Source: Betaproteobacteria bacterium (GTDB taxonomy: Bacteria > Pseudomonadota > Gammaproteobacteria > Burkholderiales > SG8-41). From it: a stretch of DNA of 35,189 bases. Below, piece after piece: positions 7,961-16,266 of this stretch (position 1 is its first letter; each line of letters begins with the position of its first letter). Position numbers and translations under genes: made by a program. Location of the stretch: NCBI GenBank assembly GCA_021414185.1, contig JAIOOZ010000038.1, forward strand, positions 1-35,189, written 5' to 3'. The notes below the pieces were generated by a model. The model saw nothing but the letters and a program-made list of their open reading frames with translations, ran no database searches and was not told the DNA's origin.

Positions 7961-9370
7961 TCAAGCGGCGCCCGGCGCCCCAACGACATTGCACAAACCG
8001 CTGACGCTGTCTGCGTAGCCGGCGCGCTCCGTCATGTTCTGCTGAAGAAACGCTTCCATCCGCGGGTAAATCGCCAGCGCCTGGTCGAGCGCCGGGTCAC
8101 TGCCTGCGGCATAGGCGCCGACGCTGACCAGGTCGCGGTTGCGCTGGTAACGCGAGTAAAGCGCCTTGAAGCGGCGCACATGCTCGAACTGCGGCCGGTC
8201 AATAAGGTTCGTCAAGGCGCGGCTGATTGAAGCCTCGATATCGATCGCCGGATAGTGGCCCTGGTCGGCAAGCGCGCGCGTGAGCACGATATGGCCGTCG
8301 AGAATCGCGCGCGCACCGTCGGCAATCGGGTCTTGCTGGTCGTCGCCTTCGGCGAGCACCGTGTAGAACGCGGTGATTGAGCCGCCGCCGCGTCCGGCGT
8401 TGCCTGCGCGCTCGACGAGCTGCGGCATTTTCGCAAACACCGACGGCGGATAGCCTTTGGTCACCGGCGGTTCGCCGATGGCGAGCGCAATTTCACGCTG
8501 GGCCATGGCAAAACGCGTGAGCGAATCCATGATGAGCAGCACGTGGCGGCCCTGGTCGCGGAAGTATTCGGCGATCGCCGTTGCGTAAGCGGCGCCCTGC
8601 AAGCGCATCAAGGGGCTGGTATCGGCGGGGGCGGCCACCACCACGGAGCGCGCGAGCCCTGCGGCGCCGAGGATGTTCTCGATGAACTCTTTGACTTCGC
8701 GGCCGCGTTCGCCGATGAGGCCGACAACGATCACGTCCGCGCTGGTGAAGCGCGCCATCATGCCCAGCAGCACGCTTTTGCCGATGCCGCTGCCGGCGAA
8801 GAGGCCCATGCGCTGGCCGCGGCCGACGGTCAGGAGGCCGTTGATCGCGCGCACGCCGACATCAAGCACGTCGGTGATCGGCGCCCGTTCGAGCGGATTC
8901 AGCGGGCGATTGTGCAGCGACATACTGTGCTCGCAATGCAGCGCACCCAACTGGTCGAGCGGCTTGCCGGAGCTGTCGAGCACGCGGCCGAGCAGCGCAT
9001 CGCCGACCGGCACGTGTTTGGCCTGGTCGGCAACGCGGCGGCGCGGCCGCGGCGGAAAGGTCAACACCGGACGCTCGGGCGCGGCTTCGAGCGGCGTAAC
9101 GAGCGCGCCCGGCGTCAATCCGTAGACGTCGTTGATCGGCATCAGGAACAGGCGGTCTTCGGAGAAGCCGACGACCTCGGCTTCCACGCAATTGCCATTG
9201 GGCAGCGAAACCTGGCAACAACTGCCGACCGCGAGCCTGAGTCCCGACGCTTCCAGCACCAGGCCGGCGACGCGCGTAAGCCTGCCGCTTACGGCGAACG
9301 TGTCGGTCGCCGCCACCAGCTCGCGGCAATCGTGCAGAAATCCCGGCAGATTCAGCGTCGCGGTTTGCAT
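7961..9370 (-). CDS. fliI: Flagellar export ATPase FliI
   Basis: Walker [26 protein letters not shown] and LDGHIVL motifs; start at MQTATL (9370). Confidence 0.97.
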   Translation of the reverse strand: MQTATLNLPGFLHDCRELVAATDTFAVSGRLTRVAGLVLEASGLRLAVGSCCQVSLPNGNCVEAEVVGFSEDRLFLMPINDVYGLTPGALVTPLEAAPERPVLTFPPRPRRRVADQAKHVPVGDALLGRVLDSSGKPLDQLGALHCEHSMSLHNRPLNPLERAPITDVLDVGVRAINGLLTVGRGQRMGLFAGSGIGKSVLLGMMARFTSADVIVVGLIGERGREVKEFIENILGAAGLARSVVVAAPADTSPLMRLQGAAYATAIAEYFRDQGRHVLLIMDSLTRFAMAQREIALAIGEPPVTKGYPPSVFAKMPQLVERAGNAGRGGGSITAFYTVLAEGDDQQDPIADGARAILDGHIVLTRALADQGHYPAIDIEASISRALTNLIDRPQFEHVRRFKALYSRYQRNRDLVSVGAYAAGSDPALDQALAIYPRMEAFLQQNMTERAGYADSVSGLCNVVGAPGAA

Positions 9371-9398
9371 GGCGTGTTGCGGCGGTCGTCGCCGCGGT

Positions 9399-10025
9399 TC
9401 ATTTGGCGATCCAGTCGGTACTGTGGCCGAGGGCGGCAGCGACGCGCTGCCAGCGCGTAGCCATGGTGGCGTCGATCCGGGTGGCGGCGGTCTGCAGCAA
9501 CGCGCCGCCGCGAGCGAGCTTCGGATCTTCGGCGATGCGCCAGCCCGCGGCAGCGAGTTCGTCGCCGAGTTGCCCGCGCACGAGCGCCGCATCGGCGGGA
9601 TTGAGCGCGATGGTCGCGCCCGCCGGCGGCTGCGTCGTGCGCGCCAGCGCATCGTGGATGAGCGTCACTATGAGTTCCGGTTTTACCTCCAGCGCCTGCC
9701 GCACCATCTGGCGCGCGACTTCGAGCGCGAGTTCCAGCACATCTTGGGCGAGGCGCTGGTTGATCTCGTGGCTTTGCCGTTCGACAGCGGCGAGCACCGC
9801 CTTGATCTGCTGCGCTTCGGCCACCGCTTTTTCAGCGCCTTCGCGCAGGCCGGCGGCGTGTCCTGCGTCATACGCGTGTTGATGGATGTGCCGGACTTTT
9901 TCCGCTTCCGCTGCGGCGGTGTTGGGAGCCGGCGGGCGTGCGTCGGCCGGCGCGTCGAATGGATGCAATTCCCAGCGCTGGTACGCGGACAGCTTTTCCT
10001 TGGGGATGACCGGGCTGTTAGACAT
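9399..10025 (-). CDS. fliH: Flagellar assembly protein FliH
   Basis: [15 protein letters not shown]-terminus, GxxxG repeats, C-terminal GG...IDAT...RW. Confidence 0.95.
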   Translation of the reverse strand: MSNSPVIPKEKLSAYQRWELHPFDAPADARPPAPNTAAAEAEKVRHIHQHAYDAGHAAGLREGAEKAVAEAQQIKAVLAAVERQSHEINQRLAQDVLELALEVARQMVRQALEVKPELIVTLIHDALARTTQPPAGATIALNPADAALVRGQLGDELAAAGWRIAEDPKLARGGALLQTAATRIDATMATRWQRVAAALGHSTDWIAK

Positions 10026-11013
10026 AACCTTCGTCTCCCTGCCCGCCCATTACGATCTGGCCTTCGTCCGCCAGGCGGCGCACGATTTTCAGAATTTCTT
10101 TCTGCTGTGCCTCGACTTCGGATACGCGCACCATGCCCTTCGCTTCGAGGTCCTCGCGCAGCATTTCGCCGGCGCGCTGCGACATGTTGCCGAAAATCTT
10201 TTCGCGCAGAGCCTCGGACGAACCCTTCAGCGCGAGAATAAGCGATTCGGACTGCACTTCCTTCAGCAGCATTTGAATCGCGCGGTCGTCCAGCGCCAGC
10301 AGGTTTTCCCACACGAACATCTCGTCGACGATTTTCTGCGCGAGATCGGCGTCGAATTCCTTGATGCTGTCGACGACCGACGCTTCCTGCGTGCCGGGCA
10401 TGAAATTCAGTATTTCCGCGGCGGTGCGCACGCCGCCCATCGCGGCACTCTTGACGTTCTTGTTGCCGGCCAGCAGCGCGGTCAGCACGGTGTTGAGTTC
10501 CTGCAGCGCCGCGGGTTGAATGCCGTCGAGTGTAGCGATGCGCAGCAGCACGTCGTTGCGCGTGCGCTCCGGCAGCAGCGCGAGTATCTCGGACGCCTGG
10601 TCGCGCTCGAGGTGGACGAGGATGGTGGCGATGATCTGCGGATGCTCGTTCCCGATCAGCTCGGCCACCGCGGGCGAACCCATCCATTTCAGTCCTTCGA
10701 TGCCGCTGTTGTCCCCGCCCTGCAATATGCGGTCGATCAGCGCCGCCGATTTGTCGTCGCCAAGCGCTTTCTTCAGCACGTTGCGGATGTAGTCGCCGGA
10801 CGCCATGCCTAGCGTGCTGCGGCCCTGCGCCTGGTCGCAGAACTCGCTCATCACCGTGGTGATTTCCTCGCGGCTCACCGCCTTGAGCTTGGCCATCGCC
10901 GCGCCTATTTTCTGCACTTCGCGCGGGCCGAGGTGCTTGAAGACTTCCGCCGCCTCGTCTTCGCCGAGCGACATCATGAGAATCGCGCTCTTGGTTATGC
11001 CTTCAGCGGCCAT
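10018..11013 (-). CDS. fliG: Flagellar motor switch protein FliG
   Basis: KSAILMMSLGE, EHPQIIA, MGGV, MFVWENL, NMSQRA motifs; start at 11013. Confidence 0.98.
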   Translation of the reverse strand: MAAEGITKSAILMMSLGEDEAAEVFKHLGPREVQKIGAAMAKLKAVSREEITTVMSEFCDQAQGRSTLGMASGDYIRNVLKKALGDDKSAALIDRILQGGDNSGIEGLKWMGSPAVAELIGNEHPQIIATILVHLERDQASEILALLPERTRNDVLLRIATLDGIQPAALQELNTVLTALLAGNKNVKSAAMGGVRTAAEILNFMPGTQEASVVDSIKEFDADLAQKIVDEMFVWENLLALDDRAIQMLLKEVQSESLILALKGSSEALREKIFGNMSQRAGEMLREDLEAKGMVRVSEVEAQQKEILKIVRRLADEGQIVMGGQGDEGYV

Positions 11014-12610
11014 TGCCGGACACCCAATCCTTGACAACGTTGGCGACGATCCGGGGATCGCCGCGCGCGATCTGCTTGGCGTGGTCGACACTCTGCTCGT
11101 AACTGCCGAACTGCGGCTGCTGCGTGCCCTGCGCGTGCGGGTCGTGCGTCAACGCCGGCGCGGCCGGCGGCGTGGCGAGTGTCTTCAGCAGCGGCCGCAG
11201 CACGCGCAGCACGACGAACAGCAACACGGCCGCGATCAGCAGGTTCTTGCCTGTCATTTTCGCGAGCTCGATGGTGTCGGGCTGCTTCCACAGCGGCACT
11301 TCGGGGATTTTTTCGGGTTCGGACACGTTGAATGCGCTGTTCATCACGCTGACCGTGTCGCCGCGCTCCTTGTTGTAGCCCATGACTTCCTTGACGAGGC
11401 TGGTGATCTTGGCGAGTTCCTCTTCCTTCAACGGCGTGCTGGTAGCCTTGCCCTCCTTGTTCACCTGCCGGCGGTAATTGACGACCACCGCGACTGCGAT
11501 CCGCTTGATGCGCCCGATCTCCTGCCGCGTGTGGCGTATCGTCTTGTCGACCTCGTAGTTGATCGTCGCGTCTTTGCGCGTATTGGCGGGCGCTGCCGCC
11601 GCAATTCCCGCAGCGGGTGCGGCGATGGGCGCGGTGGGCGTGGCCGGCGGCTGGTTCGACAGTGCGCCAGGCACTCCGCCGGCGGCGCCCGTTCCATTCG
11701 CGGTAAGCGCTTCGCTCGTTTGCTGGCTGCGGATGACTGCTGATTCCGCGGTCTGGTTCGGCTTGTAAATTTCTTCGGCGTGCTCCATCTCGGAGAAGTC
11801 GAGGTCGGCGGTGACTTGCGCGCGCACGTTGTTGGGTCCTGTCAGCGGGGTGAGGATAGCTTCGATGCGCGAGTTGAAGCTGCGCTCGATTTCCTGGCGG
11901 TATTTGAGCTGATTGGGGTCGGCCGCGCCGCGCGCGCCCACCGCCGGGTCGGTGCTCAGCAGATTGCCGTTCTGGTCGACCACCGACACGTTCCTGCCCT
12001 GCAGGTCGGGCACGCTGTTGGTGACGAGGTGCACGACCGCGCTGACCTGCGTGCCGTCCAAAGTACGGCCCGGATAAAGGTTCAGCAGCACCGACGCACT
12101 GGGCTTCGGCTGTTCGCGCAGGAACGCGGAGGGTTTCGACAGCGCGAGATGCACGCGCGCATTCTGGACCGCCGACAACGACTGGATCGAGCGCGCAAGT
12201 TCGCCTTCGAGCGCGCGCTGGTAGTTGATCTGCTCGGCGAACTGGCTGACGCCGAATTTCTGGGATTCCATCAGCTCGAAGCCGACCAGTCCGCCCTTCG
12301 GCAAGCCCTGGGCGGCGAGGCGCAGGCGCATTTCGTGGACCTGCCCCGCCGGGATCATCAGCGCGCCGCCGTCGGCGAATTTGTACGGCACGTTCATCTG
12401 TTGCAGCGCCGCGATGACGGTGCCGCCGTCGCGGTCCGAGAGGTTGCCGTAGAGCACGCGGTAATCCGGCGCCTGGCTCCATAGCCAGCCGGCCACCAGC
12501 ACTGCGATCAGCGAGGCGACCGTCAGCATGAAGGCGATATGCCGCGAACCCGGCAACGGGAAACCGCGCGGTGCAGGCACCGCTATCGATTGTCCGGACA
12601 TTTCCGCCAT
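11003..12610 (-). CDS. fliF: Flagellar MS-ring protein FliF
   Basis: Two TM helices; GFELM, YQRALEGELARSI, ARVHLA, PSASV, GVPGALSNQP, NYEVD motifs. Confidence 0.98.
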   Translation of the reverse strand: MAEMSGQSIAVPAPRGFPLPGSRHIAFMLTVASLIAVLVAGWLWSQAPDYRVLYGNLSDRDGGTVIAALQQMNVPYKFADGGALMIPAGQVHEMRLRLAAQGLPKGGLVGFELMESQKFGVSQFAEQINYQRALEGELARSIQSLSAVQNARVHLALSKPSAFLREQPKPSASVLLNLYPGRTLDGTQVSAVVHLVTNSVPDLQGRNVSVVDQNGNLLSTDPAVGARGAADPNQLKYRQEIERSFNSRIEAILTPLTGPNNVRAQVTADLDFSEMEHAEEIYKPNQTAESAVIRSQQTSEALTANGTGAAGGVPGALSNQPPATPTAPIAAPAAGIAAAAPANTRKDATINYEVDKTIRHTRQEIGRIKRIAVAVVVNYRRQVNKEGKATSTPLKEEELAKITSLVKEVMGYNKERGDTVSVMNSAFNVSEPEKIPEVPLWKQPDTIELAKMTGKNLLIAAVLLFVVLRVLRPLLKTLATPPAAPALTHDPHAQGTQQPQFGSYEQSVDHAKQIARGDPRIVANVVKDWVSGNGR

Positions 12611-12697
12611 AACGTGCTCCTGAAGTGCGTTGACTTAGGCATGGTGCGCCGGGCCCTGGGGACCGCTGCCTCACGCCAGGGTTTTGCAAGTGGAGGA

Positions 12698-12790
12698 ATT
12701 ATGAAGAATCGCCGCCGCGGCAAAGCCGCAAATAGGGGTGCCTTTCGCCGCCTATTTGCGCGGCCGCGCCCGGGGGGCGACTGTTAATCT
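12698..12790. promoter_or_regulatory. Divergent fliF/fliE class II promoters with FlhDC-like inverted repeat
   Basis: Perfect inverted repeat CGCAAATAGG-N14-CCTATTTGCG (12727-12760); -10 CATAAT (minus, 12698-12703) 23 nt from one arm and TAATCT (plus, 12785-12790) 24 nt from the other. Confidence 0.7.
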
Positions 12791-12830
12791 GCTTCACGTC
12801 CAATCGGGTCAATGCCCAGAGGAAGCAACC

Positions 12831-13157
12831 ATGCAGATCAACTCGCTAGACCAGGTCCTCGGCCAGCTGCGCACCGCCGCGGCGATGGCGTCCGGCACGG
12901 GCGTCAAAGCCCCCACGGATGCCGGCAACAAGGCGGGCGATTTCGCCACCGTGCTGAAGGCCTCGCTCGACCAGGCCAACGGCATGCAGCAGCAGGCGAC
13001 CAGGCTCGCGCGCGATTTCGAACTCGGCGCGACCGACGCCAGCCTGCCCGACGTGATGGTGTCGATCCAGAAAGCCAACGTGTCGTTCCAGCAGGTCGTG
13101 CAGGTGAGAAACAAGCTGGTTTCCGCCTATCACGAGATCATGAATATGCAGGTGTAA
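12831..13157 (+). CDS. fliE: Flagellar hook-basal body protein FliE
   Basis: DFATVLK...DVMVSIQKANVSFQ..VQVRNKLVSAYHEIMNMQV; ATG at 12831 after AGAGG. Confidence 0.97.
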   Translation: MQINSLDQVLGQLRTAAAMASGTGVKAPTDAGNKAGDFATVLKASLDQANGMQQQATRLARDFELGATDASLPDVMVSIQKANVSFQQVVQVRNKLVSAYHEIMNMQV

Positions 13158-13161
13158 GTTT

Positions 13162-13281
13162 GTCGAGAGACGCCGGGCGAGAGACGAGAGACGGAAAAGC
13201 ATTAAAACTCCGTCTATCGTCTATCCTGCTTCTTCCTCTCTCCAGATTCTAAATCCCGTCTCTCGCCCGGCGCCTCTCGAC
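13162..13281. repeat. Long inverted repeat built of heptamers between convergent fliE and ycgR
   Basis: 25-bp arms 13162-13186 and 13257-13281 are 24/25 complementary; inner alternative stem 13179-13195 with 13209-13225 (15/17). Confidence 0.8.
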
Positions 13282-13295
13282 GAGTTCCTATGCGC

Positions 13296-14054
13296 TTATT
13301 TCTTGCGCTGGCGCTCGAGCGCCAAAATGTAGCGCTGCACGATGGACAGCATGCTCTCGCGCAGATCGACGTACGCGAAGCCGGAACGCTGCACGGATTT
13401 GCCGTTGGCGAGATTCATCATGAATGCGTTGCGTGCCTGGACGCGCGTGCGCAGGACGGCGGTGCCGGGCAGATGGATGCCGCAGTCGTAAACGGCGCCC
13501 AGCGCGGGCGTGAACAGTTCCGGCGGCGTCAGCATGGCGATGCCGCCGCAGCTGATGTCGACGAGGCTCAATTGGACGTTCGTGTTCCCGTCGTTGTGCG
13601 GCACGGTCATCGTGCATTTCACCGGCACCGTGACGGGCGTCGCCATGCGGAAATATTCGCGCCGCTGCAGCCGCAGCAGATCCTGCGGCAGCGCTATCCT
13701 GAATGCATCGCGGCCTTCGCAGGTCGCAAGCGCGATGTCTTCGCATACGAACTGGATCTTGATTTTTTCGAGAGTCGTGCTGCACAGCAGGCGTTGCCTG
13801 CTCAATATGCGGTCGGCAAAGCGGCCGTTGCGCTCGCATTCCAGCATAAGGCAGCCGGCGGCGTCGTCTATCTGGACAATCGAGGTCAGAAAAAAATCGT
13901 CGCCGATGGAAGCGGTAATCAGTGCGGCTTGCCGCATGATTGCATGCAGGATCTGGCTGATTTCCAGCCGCGAACCCACCGCATACTGGTGGTAGTCGGT
14001 ATCCGCGGTTGAGACCGTTTTGGCCTGATCCGCAACTACTGTTGAATTTGGCAT
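13296..14054 (-). CDS. ycgR: Flagellar brake protein YcgR (YcgR-N + PilZ, c-di-GMP receptor)
   Basis: PilZ motifs QRREYFR (RxxxR) and DISCGG (DxSxxG); 252 aa. Confidence 0.92.
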   Translation of the reverse strand: MPNSTVVADQAKTVSTADTDYHQYAVGSRLEISQILHAIMRQAALITASIGDDFFLTSIVQIDDAAGCLMLECERNGRFADRILSRQRLLCSTTLEKIKIQFVCEDIALATCEGRDAFRIALPQDLLRLQRREYFRMATPVTVPVKCTMTVPHNDGNTNVQLSLVDISCGGIAMLTPPELFTPALGAVYDCGIHLPGTAVLRTRVQARNAFMMNLANGKSVQRSGFAYVDLRESMLSIVQRYILALERQRKK

Positions 14055-14080
14055 GGTTGAGGAGGCGCTCCGATAGCCGA

Positions 14081-14144
14081 ACTATAGGGCACCCTCATTC
14101 CGGGCAAATCCGGGAACAGCTGTCGTTTTACGCGCCTTCTCGGG
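14081..14144 (-). promoter_or_regulatory. Putative FlhDC-like class II promoter of ycgR
   Basis: Minus strand CCCGAGAAGG-N14-GCTGTTCCCG-N24-TATAGT; same geometry as fliL and fliF. Confidence 0.55.
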
Positions 14145-14157
14145 CGAACGGCCATTC

Positions 14158-14448
14158 TCAGCCGTCACGGCGCGGCGGTGCGTCCTTGCCATGCTCGATC
14201 CGGTACAGCCACGCGAGAAGCTCGGCCACCGCGACATAGAGTTGTTCCGGAATGCGCGAGTCCATATCGATCTGCATCAGCAGCGCGACCAGCGCAGGCG
14301 ATTCGTGGACATAGATGCCCGCTTCGCGCGCACGCGCGATGATCTCTTCGGCGGCGATTCCGCGCCCTTTCGCGGCAACGCGTGGCGCGCGTTCCTTGTC
14401 GTCATAGGCAAGAGCGACGGCCGTGTGGCGGAGGTCAGGCGGATTCAT
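14158..14448 (-). CDS. FlhB C-terminal-like protein (EscU/YscU/HrcU family, FlhX/YlqH-like)
   Basis: AVALAY....APRVAAKGRG..AEEII..A...IPEQLYVAVAELLAWLY; 96 aa from ATG 14448. Confidence 0.9.
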   Translation of the reverse strand: MNPPDLRHTAVALAYDDKERAPRVAAKGRGIAAEEIIARAREAGIYVHESPALVALLMQIDMDSRIPEQLYVAVAELLAWLYRIEHGKDAPPRRDG

Positions 14449-15454
14449 TGCGCCGCACCGCGATGCCGAGGGAATTGACGCCGGCATCGCCAAGGGATTT
14501 CTGCAGTTGCGCGCGGTGCGCGGTGAGTCCCGCAAGCGCATCCGTATCGGCGGCATGCAGGATAATGCTGACGCCGCGCTCCGCCACCCGCAGCGTGGCA
14601 TCGATCCTGCCCAGCCGCGGCAGCGTCAGGCGCAAGCGAGTGCGCCATTGCGTTTCGTCCGTTGGCGCCGGTGTTGGCCGGTCTTCCTCGACAATCTCCC
14701 AGTCGAGCGGCTGGCCGTGCCAAATCATGCCGTGCCAGCCGACCTGACGTGACTCCAGCGTGTCGAGTTGCTGCCTGATCAGGGCCAGCGCGTCGCGGTG
14801 GACGGGCAATTCGGGCATGCCAGGCGCGCGGTCCGCGACGATCAACGGGGACTCCGGGTCGCCGCCGTTGCCGGCCTCCGCGGCGCCTTGCCTGCGCAGC
14901 GGCTCGAAGCGGGCCTGCGGCTCGCGCATCAGTTGTGTAATTGCGCGCTCGCCGGCGGCCCATTGCGCCTGATGTGCTTCATAAAAGATGCCGCTTTGCA
15001 CGAGAGCATCGCGCAGGGCGGCAGCAGTTCGGGCGCCACCGCCTGACAAGCTCTCAAGCAGGGCTGCGCCAGGGCGCACGGCGGCAGTCAGCGGCAGCCG
15101 GTCGCTCTCGTCCAGCAAAGCGGTGATAAATCGCGCCGTTTCGCTCAGCGTGGTAGACAGCGCGCCGGGGTCGTCCGCCGCGACGAGCGCGAATTTAAAA
15201 TGCGGCCCGCCCGCCACGACGTTCAGTTGCAATGTGTCGCCTGCATGCGGCTGTACCGGCAGGCGCAGTAACAATTGCCGGTTGCCGACTAAAACACGGA
15301 AAGTACCGTCAGGCATGACCGCTTCCACGCGCGCGTGTACATGGTCGCCCGGCATCAGCCCGTTTAAGGTGTCCGGATTGGCGCGCGAAACCGCCTGCAC
15401 CTGTCCGTTCGCGAACGTGCGCAGGCGGACGAGATCCGAAAGGCGGTTGAGCAT
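14435..15454 (-). CDS. Second FliK-C-domain protein
   Basis: SGIFYEAHQAQW, QQLDTLE, W.G..W.GQ.LDWEI, WRTRLRLTLPRLG motifs typical of the betaproteobacterial FliK-like gene next to the FlhB-like gene. Confidence 0.8.
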   Translation of the reverse strand: MLNRLSDLVRLRTFANGQVQAVSRANPDTLNGLMPGDHVHARVEAVMPDGTFRVLVGNRQLLLRLPVQPHAGDTLQLNVVAGGPHFKFALVAADDPGALSTTLSETARFITALLDESDRLPLTAAVRPGAALLESLSGGGARTAAALRDALVQSGIFYEAHQAQWAAGERAITQLMREPQARFEPLRRQGAAEAGNGGDPESPLIVADRAPGMPELPVHRDALALIRQQLDTLESRQVGWHGMIWHGQPLDWEIVEEDRPTPAPTDETQWRTRLRLTLPRLGRIDATLRVAERGVSIILHAADTDALAGLTAHRAQLQKSLGDAGVNSLGIAVRRNESA

Positions 15455-15498
15455 GATCGGTTCCGGGCGTGAGGCGCGGGCGCGGCTTCGTTACCGGC

Positions 15499-15828
15499 TC
15501 ACTCGCCGGACTGGTAGGTCTGCGACAGGCGGCGCTGGCGTCCGGCATGGCCGAGCAGGATCGCGAGATTCGCCATCCACGGCTCGACGAGCAGTCTGAT
15601 CTCGGCATCGTCGTCGAGAACGCCGCGGATCAACTCTGCCTTGCGGCGCTGAAAATCGGTGCCGCGCGGCCGCTGATCTTCGCCGTTCATGAGCCGGGCA
15701 AACAGGCCGCTGCATTCGCGTTCGTGCCGCACCAGGCCGTCCCAGTCCCCGTTGCGGGCGGCGGCCAGCATCTGCCTGGTGAGGCGCGAGATGCTCTCGT
15801 AAGTTGCCAGTATCAGCTCGTCGTTCAT
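15499..15828 (-). CDS. fliT: Flagellar chaperone FliT
   Basis: YESI...QMLAAARNGDWD.L...ELIRGVLDDDAEIR.L.EPW; ATGA overlap with fliS. Confidence 0.9.
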   Translation of the reverse strand: MNDELILATYESISRLTRQMLAAARNGDWDGLVRHERECSGLFARLMNGEDQRPRGTDFQRRKAELIRGVLDDDAEIRLLVEPWMANLAILLGHAGRQRRLSQTYQSGE

Positions 15829-16247
15829 CGTCCGCCAGTCCGTGCCGCGGCGGCGGGCGCCGGCCTGATCTGCTCCCACGCTTCGCGCAATTCGTTCAAC
15901 AGACGGCTGACTTCATCGACCGCTTCCGGGCGGTCATGCAGGTTCGCCCGCAGCAGACAATCGCACATATAGGCGTAGAGCGCGTCGAGGCGTTCGCCCA
16001 GTTCGCCGCCGGCCTTCACGTCGAGGCTCGCCCGCAGGCCGCTTTCGATGATCATGATGGCTTTGGAAAGCGCGCGACCTTTGGCGGCCGTTTCGCGCCG
16101 TGCCATGTGCAGTTTGGCGTCAGCGAGCGCAAGCAGCGCGCCTTCATACAGCATCAATATCAGCTTGTGCGGGTCCGCTTCGGGTACGCCGGTTTCGAGA
16201 CCGACGCTCATATAGGCATTGATGCCGTGTTGTGCAGTTGCGAACAT
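15825..16247 (-). CDS. fliS: Flagellin chaperone FliS
   Basis: ADPHKLILMLYEGA...LRASLD...LDALYAYM...LREAW. Confidence 0.96.
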   Translation of the reverse strand: MFATAQHGINAYMSVGLETGVPEADPHKLILMLYEGALLALADAKLHMARRETAAKGRALSKAIMIIESGLRASLDVKAGGELGERLDALYAYMCDCLLRANLHDRPEAVDEVSRLLNELREAWEQIRPAPAAAARTGGR

Positions 16248-16266
16248 GGTCGTGGATTTCTTGCGG

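Noticed and set aside
4597-11091. ORF-track starts for fliM (5805), fliI (9652) and fliG (11091)
   Set aside because: They overlap upstream genes extensively; conserved N-termini begin at 5580, 9370 and 11013.
2603-12689. Many long overlapping ORFs within the fli genes (e.g. 3554-4939, 4970-6463, 6647-8230, 10995-12689)
   Set aside because: Fully overlap well-supported flagellar genes; expected in high-GC DNA.
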